From assembly GCA_016839785.1 (NCBI GenBank), contig JAEOTQ010000216.1, forward strand, positions 1 through 23,962: a stretch of 23,962 bases of DNA, in the 5' to 3' direction. This DNA comes from Candidatus Hodarchaeota archaeon (GTDB taxonomy: Archaea; Asgardarchaeota; Heimdallarchaeia; Hodarchaeales; Hodarchaeaceae). The position numbers and the translations under genes were made by a program. This document shows positions 1 to 8,120 of the stretch, piece by piece (the stretch's first letter is position 1; every line of letters starts with the position of its first letter). The notes below the pieces were generated by a model. That model was not told where the DNA came from. It did not search any database and was given only the letters and a program-made list of their open reading frames with translations.

Positions 1-1
1 A

Positions 2-442
2 TTCCAGGATTCCTTTCCATGGTTATCAATTAATCTATCTCACCACAGAGGATTTCATAGTGTTCATGAACTGAATATTAAAGGGAATTCAATCTGCACT
101 GGATTTCTTGGATCTACAGTCAGTATAATTCTAGCCAATAGCAGTTTGATTATATATTTTTACTTTCCTTCGTTTTTCCTTAAAATAAATACTTCAATGC
201 TACTCGTAGTTGGATTTATTCTAGTTATGGTGACCTATAGCAGATATTTCAAAGAATTCGGATCAAGAATCAGATTACTACAGCATTCAACCCTTTTTAT
301 TGGTATCTCATTCCTAATAATAGTAGAAGACATGATATTTCGATCTGCACTATTTATGGTACTTCTATTGCCAAGTTGGATTACTTTTTTACTTGTAAGA
401 GTAAAATTAAGTAAAATTGATCACCTAAGTAGTTCCCATTAA
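2..442 (+). CDS. 5'-truncated membrane protein with a His/Cys motif (loosely DUF2085-like)
   Basis: The frame of the listed 146..442 ORF is open back to position 2 (FQDSFPWLSINLSHHRGFHSVHELNIKGNSICTGFLG...), so the real start lies outside the window. About 4 hydrophobic segments follow. Confidence 0.6.
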   Translation, partial: FQDSFPWLSINLSHHRGFHSVHELNIKGNSICTGFLGSTVSIILANSSLIIYFYFPSFFLKINTSMLLVVGFILVMVTYSRYFKEFGSRIRLLQHSTLFIGISFLIIVEDMIFRSALFMVLLLPSWITFLLVRVKLSKIDHLSSSH

Positions 443-478
443 GCAAGAAAAACTTCTGAAAATAGAAGAGAGGAAGTA

Positions 479-507
479 TATTATGGTGCTTTGGAATAAC
501 CATAATA
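479..507. promoter_or_regulatory. Inverted repeat TATTATGGT-N11-ACCATAATA, candidate metalloregulator operator overlapping a TATA-like element
   Basis: Perfect 9-bp arms at 479-487 and 499-507, ending 18 nt before the Ni/Co permease start. The left arm overlaps gtatattat. Confidence 0.5.
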
Positions 508-525
508 GGAACTGAGTGAATTATA

Positions 526-1245
526 TTGGTTGATGTTACAAGTACGATTGGTTTATGGTTCTTTGCTATTCTCTTAGGAATAAAGCATTCATTTGATGCA
601 GATCATTTGGTAGCTGTTACAGGAGTCCTAAGCAACGCCCCGAGTACGAAATACACCACAAAACTCAGCATTTCATGGGCGCTAGGCCATATGATTACGG
701 CTTCTATGTTGACTATCATACTTTTTTCCTTTAAAGAAACTCTCTTAAAAGAGATATTAAGTAATGCGGAACTTCTCGTCCCTTTTATGTTAATTTTTAT
801 TGCCTTATTAACTCTAGCATGGGAATATGATCTTCTTCATTTTCATAGACATGAACATTCTCAAGGTGACGTTGAGGAGTCAAAAGAGCATACTCACCTA
901 CATTTCCATTTACCAAAGCTAAATGAACATGGTACTATGGTTGGAATTGGTATTGTTCACGGACTAGCAAGTAATGATGAGCTATTATTATTATTCACAT
1001 TGACTTTAGGGATTAATGAGTTGTGGGCCATCCTTATCGGAGTGACATTCTTTACTTTGGGTGTGATTGGTGGTATGGTTACATATGGATGGTTAATTAA
1101 TTTTCCAAACAAGCGATGGGGAGAAAAACGTGTGACCAGAATAGTAAATGTCTCAATTGCCACTATTACACTAGCATATGCTGTTTGGTTATTAATTGGA
1201 CTTGAAGGACTGAATGTAGTAGAAATTCTGTCAAATTTCTTCTAA
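526..1245 (+). CDS. Nickel/cobalt permease, UreH/SodT-like (NicO/NiCoT superfamily)
   Basis: TM1 signature GIKHSFDADH, His-rich loop HFHRHEH...HTHLHFH, GIVHGLAS motif and about 6 TM helices. TTG start. Confidence 0.85.
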   Translation: MVDVTSTIGLWFFAILLGIKHSFDADHLVAVTGVLSNAPSTKYTTKLSISWALGHMITASMLTIILFSFKETLLKEILSNAELLVPFMLIFIALLTLAWEYDLLHFHRHEHSQGDVEESKEHTHLHFHLPKLNEHGTMVGIGIVHGLASNDELLLLFTLTLGINELWAILIGVTFFTLGVIGGMVTYGWLINFPNKRWGEKRVTRIVNVSIATITLAYAVWLLIGLEGLNVVEILSNFF

Positions 1246-1327
1246 TGAATCACGAAGAATAATTAAATAAAATGGATTCAATTTTCAAATTACCGCGTAG
1301 ATTTGTTTATAACTGGAGGAAATAAAA

Positions 1328-2077
1328 ATGGTCGCTTTTGAAATTACAGTTATGTTTTATGGTACGGTAGCAGGCCTTGCTACCCTTTCAGGTATCATAC
1401 TTATGCGTAGTAAGCAGGAATGGGCAATTAAAAGATCTCAGTATGTCAATTCATTTGCTGCAGGATTAATTTTAGCACTGGTTTTCTTCCATTTACTTCC
1501 TGAAGCGTCAGAGCTTTCAGAAGCACTTGCATTTCCCACAATTTTTCTTGGTTTTTTTGGTTTTTACCTATTAGAAAACTTCATTGTTATTCATTCTGGG
1601 AGTGAACTCCACTTCCATGAAAGTGACCCGTGTTTGCAACACACCTCTGAAATTAATGGAGTCATGGCCTTTTCAGGCCTTGCACTGCATTCATTGATTG
1701 ATGGAATAATCATTGGCGTAGGATTTGAACTTGGAACAGAAATCGGAGTGTTAGCAGCTCTCGCCGTCATTGCACACGAAGTTCCAGAAGGGGTCACCTC
1801 TTTTGCGTTGATAAATGAAACTCTTCCTGATAAGTCGTTTATCCTCTCAGTACTAGTCGCTATTGCAACTCCAATTGGTGCTTTAGTGTCGTTAGTATTT
1901 GTTCATAGTTTAACCGATAATCTCATTGGAATCTTGCTTGCTATCGCTGCTGGAACTTTTATCTATGTATCTGCCTCAGATTTAATTCCTCAGACACATG
2001 GAAGGCAGAATTTAAAAACTATGGTATCTTTTCTGCTTGGAGCGATAGTGATTATACTAATCTCATTCATTCCATGA
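1328..2077 (+). CDS. zupT: ZIP-family divalent metal transporter
   Basis: HSLIDG and HEVPEG metal-binding motifs, FAAG...HLLPEA, His loop, AAGTFIYVSASDLIP. GGAGG RBS upstream. Confidence 0.9.
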   Translation: MVAFEITVMFYGTVAGLATLSGIILMRSKQEWAIKRSQYVNSFAAGLILALVFFHLLPEASELSEALAFPTIFLGFFGFYLLENFIVIHSGSELHFHESDPCLQHTSEINGVMAFSGLALHSLIDGIIIGVGFELGTEIGVLAALAVIAHEVPEGVTSFALINETLPDKSFILSVLVAIATPIGALVSLVFVHSLTDNLIGILLAIAAGTFIYVSASDLIPQTHGRQNLKTMVSFLLGAIVIILISFIP

Positions 2078-2095
2078 ATATCGTCTTTCTTGTGA

Positions 2096-2946
2096 TTATA
2101 CCTTTGCAGTAGCGATCTCATTCGCTTTCCGATTTATTAGAAAGTTTCCAAACCAGATTAGAATTAATGCTACTACGAAGCTTATAATGGGTAAACGAAA
2201 TAGGTAATCATTTTCAGGCTGAAGATATAGTACTAAAAGTGTTGTGGCGAGGCTAGGAAAGAAAAGGTATGTACCTGTTCTAAGTAGCCAGAACCCATTA
2301 GATCCATATTTAGGGATATAATGTCTAGTAAGTCCTCCGAATGCTGCAGCATCAATGATGATATTTACCATTGTTTCATCTGCTGGATGTCCATCTGGAA
2401 AATGAACAAGAACTCTTCAAAATTTTTTACGAAAAATCCCGAAAGATAGAAGTTCAAAAAGCCCAAAAAATATCGCTAATACGAATTCAATCCCTAATGC
2501 AACAAGCGGGAAGATATAGGGTGAAAGGTATATTATCAACAAGAACAATAGTCAATAACAAAAAATATTACTAATGCTCCTGCACTATCGCTGTTCGAGT
2601 CACAATCGCTATTGGAATCGCATCCACTTCCTTGTGAACTGCAACCTCGAGATGAACTTCTTCCTGTCTTTTTTCCAGTTGATCGAACTCTTCCGCGTCC
2701 TCCTGAATAGCTTGTTGATGAAGAACGAGTGGTTCGACCGCAGTTAGAATAACTACAATAATAATATCCCCGACAGCATGATTCATCTACCATTGCTGCT
2801 CCTGTTCCATCACCAAATTCCTGTACTTCTTGACGAGCACATACAGTATCTCGGACTGCTAACGCGATGACGTCAGCTTTTATACGATGCTGTGAGCATA
2901 TTTCGGAAATAGACTATGCTGAAATTCCATTGAATTCAACTTCCAT
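2096..2946 (-). pseudogene. Disrupted ~283-aa membrane protein with Cys-rich and Ser/Gly/Arg-rich N-terminal region
   Basis: ATG at 2946 with GGGTGA RBS, in-frame TAG at 2916-2914, then in frame into the 2793..2536 ORF. A frameshift near 2553 leads into a hydrophobic frame (LLFLLIIYLSPYIFPLVALGIEFVLAIFFG...). After a TGA at 2419-2417 it continues in frame into the 2371..2096 ORF. Confidence 0.75.
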
Positions 2947-3033
2947 GAATATTCACCCATAATACAACTGAAAAGAATACAATCTCTGAATTTATGTTTA
3001 AAATGAATTTATATAATTTATGAAAACGTAACT

Positions 3034-4059
3034 TTAACTAAACTGGTTCTTTAATTGCCGTAAAGATTTAATTTCACCAAGAATTAGCAGTTTAGATCCA
3101 GGAATTATCTTATCATCGGATTCTGGATGGGGTTGATTATCAATAGCAAGAATAGTAATATCAAATTGTCTCTCCAGACCTTCAACAATGAACGGGGATG
3201 CACGCTTAGTTGCAGATATTTTTACCTCCATTAAATGAATGTCTCTATTTCCCTTTTTAGATTTTAAAGTTTGAATTATTCCATCTTCAAAGCTAGTAGC
3301 TACAAATGCGGGAGCAGCTATCGCACTAGTGCTTATAGCTGCATCAATGTCAAATAATTCAGTAACCTTTTTAGAAAATGCGGCATCAAATGCTCGGATT
3401 ACAGTTCGTAGATTTGGATTTAATTCTTTTGCTCTGGTAGCAATTTTGAAATTAACTAAGTCGTCATTTGTTACCACTATTATTGCCCGTGCTTTCTGGA
3501 CATTTGCTTTTTTTAGAATTGCACGTTGGGTAGCATCTCCAAATATTAAAGCTATAGAGGGATGTTCTAGTAGTTCATTTACTAATTCTGTAGATTTTCC
3601 ATCCTTGAGTGTAATGACAGTGGTTTCAATACCATCTTCCTTTAGCTCAGTCAAAACTCTACTCCCAACATTTCCTAATCCAACTAAAACTGTGTGTTGT
3701 TCCATATCATTTGCCAACCAATCGTTCCAAACCCCTAATCGGTACCTATATGTGAAGACGATCATTCCGAACTCAATAATACCAATTCCAATCAGAAGAA
3801 GACCTAAAAATGGAAATATAACGTATAAAAGCTTTAAAACTATGTCTCCTCCATGGGGAAAATTATAAACCTCTAGAGATAGTAATAACGATATCGTTGC
3901 TAGAATAATATCAAGAATATTGCCTGTATATTGCGAATCGAACGATGGAAGGTAGTACCAGTAAAAAATTAGACTCCCTAAAACAATCGTTCCCAGAAGC
4001 AGGAGAATTGCTGTTTTTAACTGCTTAATAGCCAGAATAATCGAACGGATTTTTTTCAC
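3034..4059 (-). CDS. Two-TM channel-like protein with TrkA-N/RCK domains
   Basis: Two TM helices flanking a pore-helix-like segment, Rossmann motif VGLGNVG, GDAT...ANVQKARAII...DDLVN, and C-terminal RCK-C region. Confidence 0.85.
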   Translation of the reverse strand: MKKIRSIILAIKQLKTAILLLLGTIVLGSLIFYWYYLPSFDSQYTGNILDIILATISLLLSLEVYNFPHGGDIVLKLLYVIFPFLGLLLIGIGIIEFGMIVFTYRYRLGVWNDWLANDMEQHTVLVGLGNVGSRVLTELKEDGIETTVITLKDGKSTELVNELLEHPSIALIFGDATQRAILKKANVQKARAIIVVTNDDLVNFKIATRAKELNPNLRTVIRAFDAAFSKKVTELFDIDAAISTSAIAAPAFVATSFEDGIIQTLKSKKGNRDIHLMEVKISATKRASPFIVEGLERQFDITILAIDNQPHPESDDKIIPGSKLLILGEIKSLRQLKNQFS

Positions 4060-4189
4060 AAATTTTAGGAATATCCATTATCTATTATCTTTTATGGTAG
4101 GATAAATTCCTTGAATTCCTAGGAAGTACAAATTCGAAATCGAAACCGACAAATTCCAAAGTAAAAAACTGTAGAAATTAGTGAAATAG

Positions 4190-5032
4190 ATGCGAAGAAT
4201 TGTAATTGGAGGCAATTGGAAAATGCAAATTACTTCCAGTAATGAAGCTGTAAGTATTGCTGATGATATTGCCCAAGGCCTATCTACGATATCATCTGTT
4301 GATGTATTTATTGCTCCATCTTTTACTGAGTTGTATTCAGTGAGTAAAGCCATAGAAGATACTCTTTTAAAACTTGCAGGGCAAAATATGTATTTTCATG
4401 ATAAAGGAGCCTTTACTGGGCAAATCTCTGTGTTGTCATTGAAGAACTTATGTCAATATGTGATCTTAGGACACTCTGAACCACGACGAATCTTTGGAGA
4501 GACTGATGACATCATACGTCAGAAACTACTGAAAGCTCTGGAAAAGGGATTAAAACCCGTTTTATGTTTGGGAGAAACCGCTAAAGAGCGTGAAGAGGGA
4601 AATACAAAGGCAGTGCTACATGAACAACTTGCAGGAAGTCTGAAAGGATTAGAAACAGGACAAATGAAGGAAATCGTACTAGCATACGAACCTGTTTGGG
4701 CTATTAATAATAAATTCCTTAATCCTGACACTGAGATCCGACCTGCCTCCACTGTCGAGGCTAATGAAGCCCATACCATCATTCGGGATTGGTTAAAAAA
4801 TGAATTTGGGACGACAACAGCTGAAGAGATATCCATTATCTACGGAGGTAGTATGAACGCACAAAATGCCAAAGAATTGTTAAGTTTAGAACAAATCGAT
4901 GGAGGATTAATCGGAGGAGCTTCATTATCAGCAGAAAAGTTCTTACCTATTATCAGAATTGCAGCTCAACTATCTGAAAAACAATCAGTTGATTATAAAT
5001 GGGAAAGTAATACTTTACGGTTTGATGAATAG
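4190..5032 (+). CDS. tpiA: Triosephosphate isomerase family protein, bacterial/eukaryotic type, atypical loop 6
   Basis: GNWK (K11), GHSE (H95), AYEPVWAI (E167), YGGS and DGGLIGGASL motifs. Confidence 0.88.
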   Translation: MRRIVIGGNWKMQITSSNEAVSIADDIAQGLSTISSVDVFIAPSFTELYSVSKAIEDTLLKLAGQNMYFHDKGAFTGQISVLSLKNLCQYVILGHSEPRRIFGETDDIIRQKLLKALEKGLKPVLCLGETAKEREEGNTKAVLHEQLAGSLKGLETGQMKEIVLAYEPVWAINNKFLNPDTEIRPASTVEANEAHTIIRDWLKNEFGTTTAEEISIIYGGSMNAQNAKELLSLEQIDGGLIGGASLSAEKFLPIIRIAAQLSEKQSVDYKWESNTLRFDE

Positions 5033-5172
5033 AATTTCTCTACATTCCTAACTCAGAACTAAAATCAAAAGCGAATAATTCCTGAATGCATTTTTATAGA
5101 TGATTTGCTAAGTAGATAATTCATCAGGGTCAGAACCTGACTCGATTAAAAATAGCAATTAGAGTGATAAAA

Positions 5173-5379
5173 ATGGGATCGACATATAAACTGATTACTT
5201 TGGTGGGTAGTAGCCCAAATAGCTTTGAAGAAGCAATTCAAAATGCTGTAGCAGATGCTGCAAAATCATTACGTGATCTACGGATTGCTTCGGTGGAAAA
5301 ACAAGACTGTACAATTGAAAATGGAAAAATTGTAGCCTATAGAGTTAGGTTTACGCTTTCATTCAAATATGAAGTTTGA
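5173..5379 (+). CDS. Dodecin-family protein
   Basis: YKLITLVGSSPNSFEEAIQNAV...KSLRDLR...IENGKIVAYRV...SFKYE. ATG 5173 preferred over GTG 5164 by typical dodecin length. Confidence 0.9.
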   Translation: MGSTYKLITLVGSSPNSFEEAIQNAVADAAKSLRDLRIASVEKQDCTIENGKIVAYRVRFTLSFKYEV

Positions 5380-5422
5380 AGTTCATATTTTTCCAATTTC
5401 TAATTTTTTTTTAACTATCAAC

Positions 5423-6727
5423 CTAATTATAGGCTTTTTTTATAAAAATAAGTGCACCGATTATAAAAATAAATGAACCACTTACAATCAATAATATTAT
5501 ATCTAATATGAAGCCCGTTGGTTCAGAATTAAGAATCATAATTTTTCTCAATACTTCTCCAATGCAGAAAAAAGGATTTAGATGCCATAATTGAATATCT
5601 CCAAGTAATCTAAAATGTGGCAGGGGGATAAAATTGCCTGTTAAGAAGGTTAAGGGTATCGCAATCATACTTGGTAAGTAAGTTGACATCTGTCCATCAG
5701 TCGTTGCGGCAACGGCTAAACTAATACCTAAAAGTGGTAGAACTGCAAAAATACTCATTGTCAAAATTAGTATTCCCTGAAACTGGCTTTGTACTGGATA
5801 ATCAAGCCAGAAAAATAGTGTTAGTAGAACTAACGTCATTGTAGAAAGAGTAGTTACAAGCTGCGTAAGAGTTAGACCATTAAGAAAGCTCCGGACACTA
5901 AAACCTCCTAATTTTAGCCTATCAATGGTACCTTGTTCTCTTTCATAACCAATTATTCCTGCTACTCCAGTACTCGAAGATATTAATACAAAAACTAGTA
6001 ATGCGGGGGTAAAGATTTCAAATTCGTTGAATCTCAGAGCTGCTATTGATTCATGTTCAATATTGAGAAAGGTGTTTGTTGGTAATCCAGAGATCCAATA
6101 GTGATCTAAGTAGGATTGTAGCGTTCCAGCAAGTAATATTGATGCCTCTGAAAATCGTGCATAAGAAAAATCACCAATTAATTCTATATTAGTTTCGGTG
6201 TAATAATATTCCGAGGTATTGAGAATTGCTATGTTTTTACTTACATTTATTCGATGGTTTAATCCGGTAATTACCGACAAAGAAAAATCTTCAGGAATAA
6301 TCAAACATAAGCTGACAAATCGACTTTGAACAGCTTTACTTGCTGTTTCCAGACTTAAAAATTCAATTATTTCAAATCTACGTCTTTCTCCTTTCGGTAA
6401 CAATTGATTAGAATTGTTCATACTATCAATGAATTCATTACCAAATCCCTCGGTTAACGGGTCTCCAGAGAGACCTATTTCATCAATTACTAACTGAAAT
6501 TGTGCTATTTTATCTGAATTTAGTGAAATAATTTCATCTTGATTAAGGATACCAAGAGTATAGACATCACCAGAATCATCTACAATCACAAACGAGCTTT
6601 CATCACCATATAGGACTGCCATTCCAACAATAAAAAGGACTGGTACAATGAAAATTATTCCGACGCGTTCCATGTTTCGGAATGTTTGCTTCAAACATTT
6701 TATTGCATAAACTAAGGTATAATTCAC
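5423..6727 (-). CDS. ABC-2 type exporter permease
   Basis: N-terminal TM, large extracellular domain, YEREQGTIDRL motif, FLTGNFIP, and 5 C-terminal TMs. Confidence 0.88.
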   Translation of the reverse strand: MNYTLVYAIKCLKQTFRNMERVGIIFIVPVLFIVGMAVLYGDESSFVIVDDSGDVYTLGILNQDEIISLNSDKIAQFQLVIDEIGLSGDPLTEGFGNEFIDSMNNSNQLLPKGERRRFEIIEFLSLETASKAVQSRFVSLCLIIPEDFSLSVITGLNHRINVSKNIAILNTSEYYYTETNIELIGDFSYARFSEASILLAGTLQSYLDHYWISGLPTNTFLNIEHESIAALRFNEFEIFTPALLVFVLISSSTGVAGIIGYEREQGTIDRLKLGGFSVRSFLNGLTLTQLVTTLSTMTLVLLTLFFWLDYPVQSQFQGILILTMSIFAVLPLLGISLAVAATTDGQMSTYLPSMIAIPLTFLTGNFIPLPHFRLLGDIQLWHLNPFFCIGEVLRKIMILNSEPTGFILDIILLIVSGSFIFIIGALIFIKKAYN

Positions 6728-6729
6728 TA

Positions 6730-8109
6730 TTAATGCCTCCAGAATCTAAAATAGATGAAGATAACAATAGAAAAAATGAAATATACTAATGAGAGTAGTA
6801 AACTTAGTAAAATATCTGGAAATACTTGAGTGATATTGAAATTGTATAGCAAAACCTGTCGAAGCGCAGTTACAGTGTGAGTTAACGGTAATAAATCCCA
6901 AATAAGAAAATCTCTTGGCATACCACTAGCAGTAGGTAACAATTTTCGTGCTATAACGAATTTTGGTACTTCGATGAAAGCACCACTCATGAATCCAAGG
7001 AACGGACCTCCAAATCCTAATATCGTTCCCACTACATCCTCATTGGAGAAAACTGCAGTGGTCATATATAATAACCCCGCAGAGAACGGAAGAATTGTTA
7101 ACGAGATTAGATAGGCTAGAAAGATGTTTCCTTGAGGTTGGAAACCCATAACAAGACTACTGGCAAATAATATAAAGGCCTGAATTATCATTACAGGTAT
7201 TTGGATAATGAAAGTTCCTAGAACATATGTTGTGGGTGAGGAAGAAGACAATCGGATTAAATCAAAAGTACGATTATTTGATCTATATTCCATACAAAAG
7301 AATAGCGAGATTAAAGATGGTTGCATGATTATCCCAAATGCTATCAGCCCTGGAATAGAGAGACCAAAAAGTGAATAAGTGGGAATCGAGACTGTAATCT
7401 CTTCATTCATTGAGAGCATAATACTACCTCCTGGTCCCTTGAATGCGGCTGTAAGATCTAGGTATCCTTCTATAATATTAACAAGGATCGAATTTGCTAT
7501 CTGGTAGTTTAAATAACTTTCATCTCCTCTTATGCTGATATTTTCGGTAATAATGACTGGGAAATCAGGTAAGGAGGGATCAACTGATTGGAGATATTCA
7601 TGAAGGTACCAACCATAGGTATTCTTCCAGTAATTATTCAGAAGCCCTAAAGAAGCATTAGAAAATTGTTGGGGAAGAATCATGACTAGATCCAATTCCC
7701 TATTTTTCAATTCCAATTCTGCACTAGTTACATCTGTAAATTCGATGATATCGAATATTCGTGAGGAATTTTGATGATCGCTATACGTTAGATTGACTAA
7801 TATACTGACAAATTCACTCCCGAATCCTTTCGTAAGAACTTCCTTGTTATGAAACTGCTCAAACGTCCAATTTCCCATTAGTGTCTCATTTTGGAATAGT
7901 TGTTGTATTTTACTAGGAATTCCCTCATCTTTGTTGATGATTCCTATTATGAAGGTCTGATTTTCACCTACCGGTGATGCGGAGAAGCCAAACCAGTACA
8001 AACCTATGAAAAATATTGGAAATAAGATTAAATAAGGAATAGTCCATTTACTTCGAATTATTTGAAGACCTATTCTATGAGAAATTCCTAATATCTGTCT
8101 TATTGACAT
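6730..8109 (-). CDS. ABC-2 type exporter permease (paralog of 5423..6727)
   Basis: Same topology, with GIINKD, FMSGAF and LLPLTHTVTALRQVL motifs. Adjacent to the ATPase. Confidence 0.88.
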   Translation of the reverse strand: MSIRQILGISHRIGLQIIRSKWTIPYLILFPIFFIGLYWFGFSASPVGENQTFIIGIINKDEGIPSKIQQLFQNETLMGNWTFEQFHNKEVLTKGFGSEFVSILVNLTYSDHQNSSRIFDIIEFTDVTSAELELKNRELDLVMILPQQFSNASLGLLNNYWKNTYGWYLHEYLQSVDPSLPDFPVIITENISIRGDESYLNYQIANSILVNIIEGYLDLTAAFKGPGGSIMLSMNEEITVSIPTYSLFGLSIPGLIAFGIIMQPSLISLFFCMEYRSNNRTFDLIRLSSSSPTTYVLGTFIIQIPVMIIQAFILFASSLVMGFQPQGNIFLAYLISLTILPFSAGLLYMTTAVFSNEDVVGTILGFGGPFLGFMSGAFIEVPKFVIARKLLPTASGMPRDFLIWDLLPLTHTVTALRQVLLYNFNITQVFPDILLSLLLSLVYFIFSIVIFIYFRFWRH

Positions 8110-8120
8110 TTCTTTATCTC

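Noticed and set aside
2371-2786. ORFs 2371..2574 (+) and 2571..2786 (-)
   Set aside because: Antisense or alternate-frame shadows of the disrupted gene, with no recognisable motifs.
2417-2916. Pyrrolysine/selenocysteine or stop-codon reassignment for the in-frame TAG and TGA
   Set aside because: Two different stops plus a frameshift fall in one gene, each stop one transition from a sense codon. TAG and TGA end normal genes elsewhere in the window (tpiA TAG, ZIP TGA), and no SECIS-like element was seen.
3329-3868. 179-aa plus-strand ORF
   Set aside because: Lies wholly antisense to the RCK protein gene and has no motifs.
4078-4836. Minus-strand ORFs 4078..4353 and 4519..4836
   Set aside because: Antisense to tpiA, with no independent coding evidence.
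5033-5172. FMN riboswitch upstream of dodecin
   Set aside because: The conserved RFN sequence blocks are absent.
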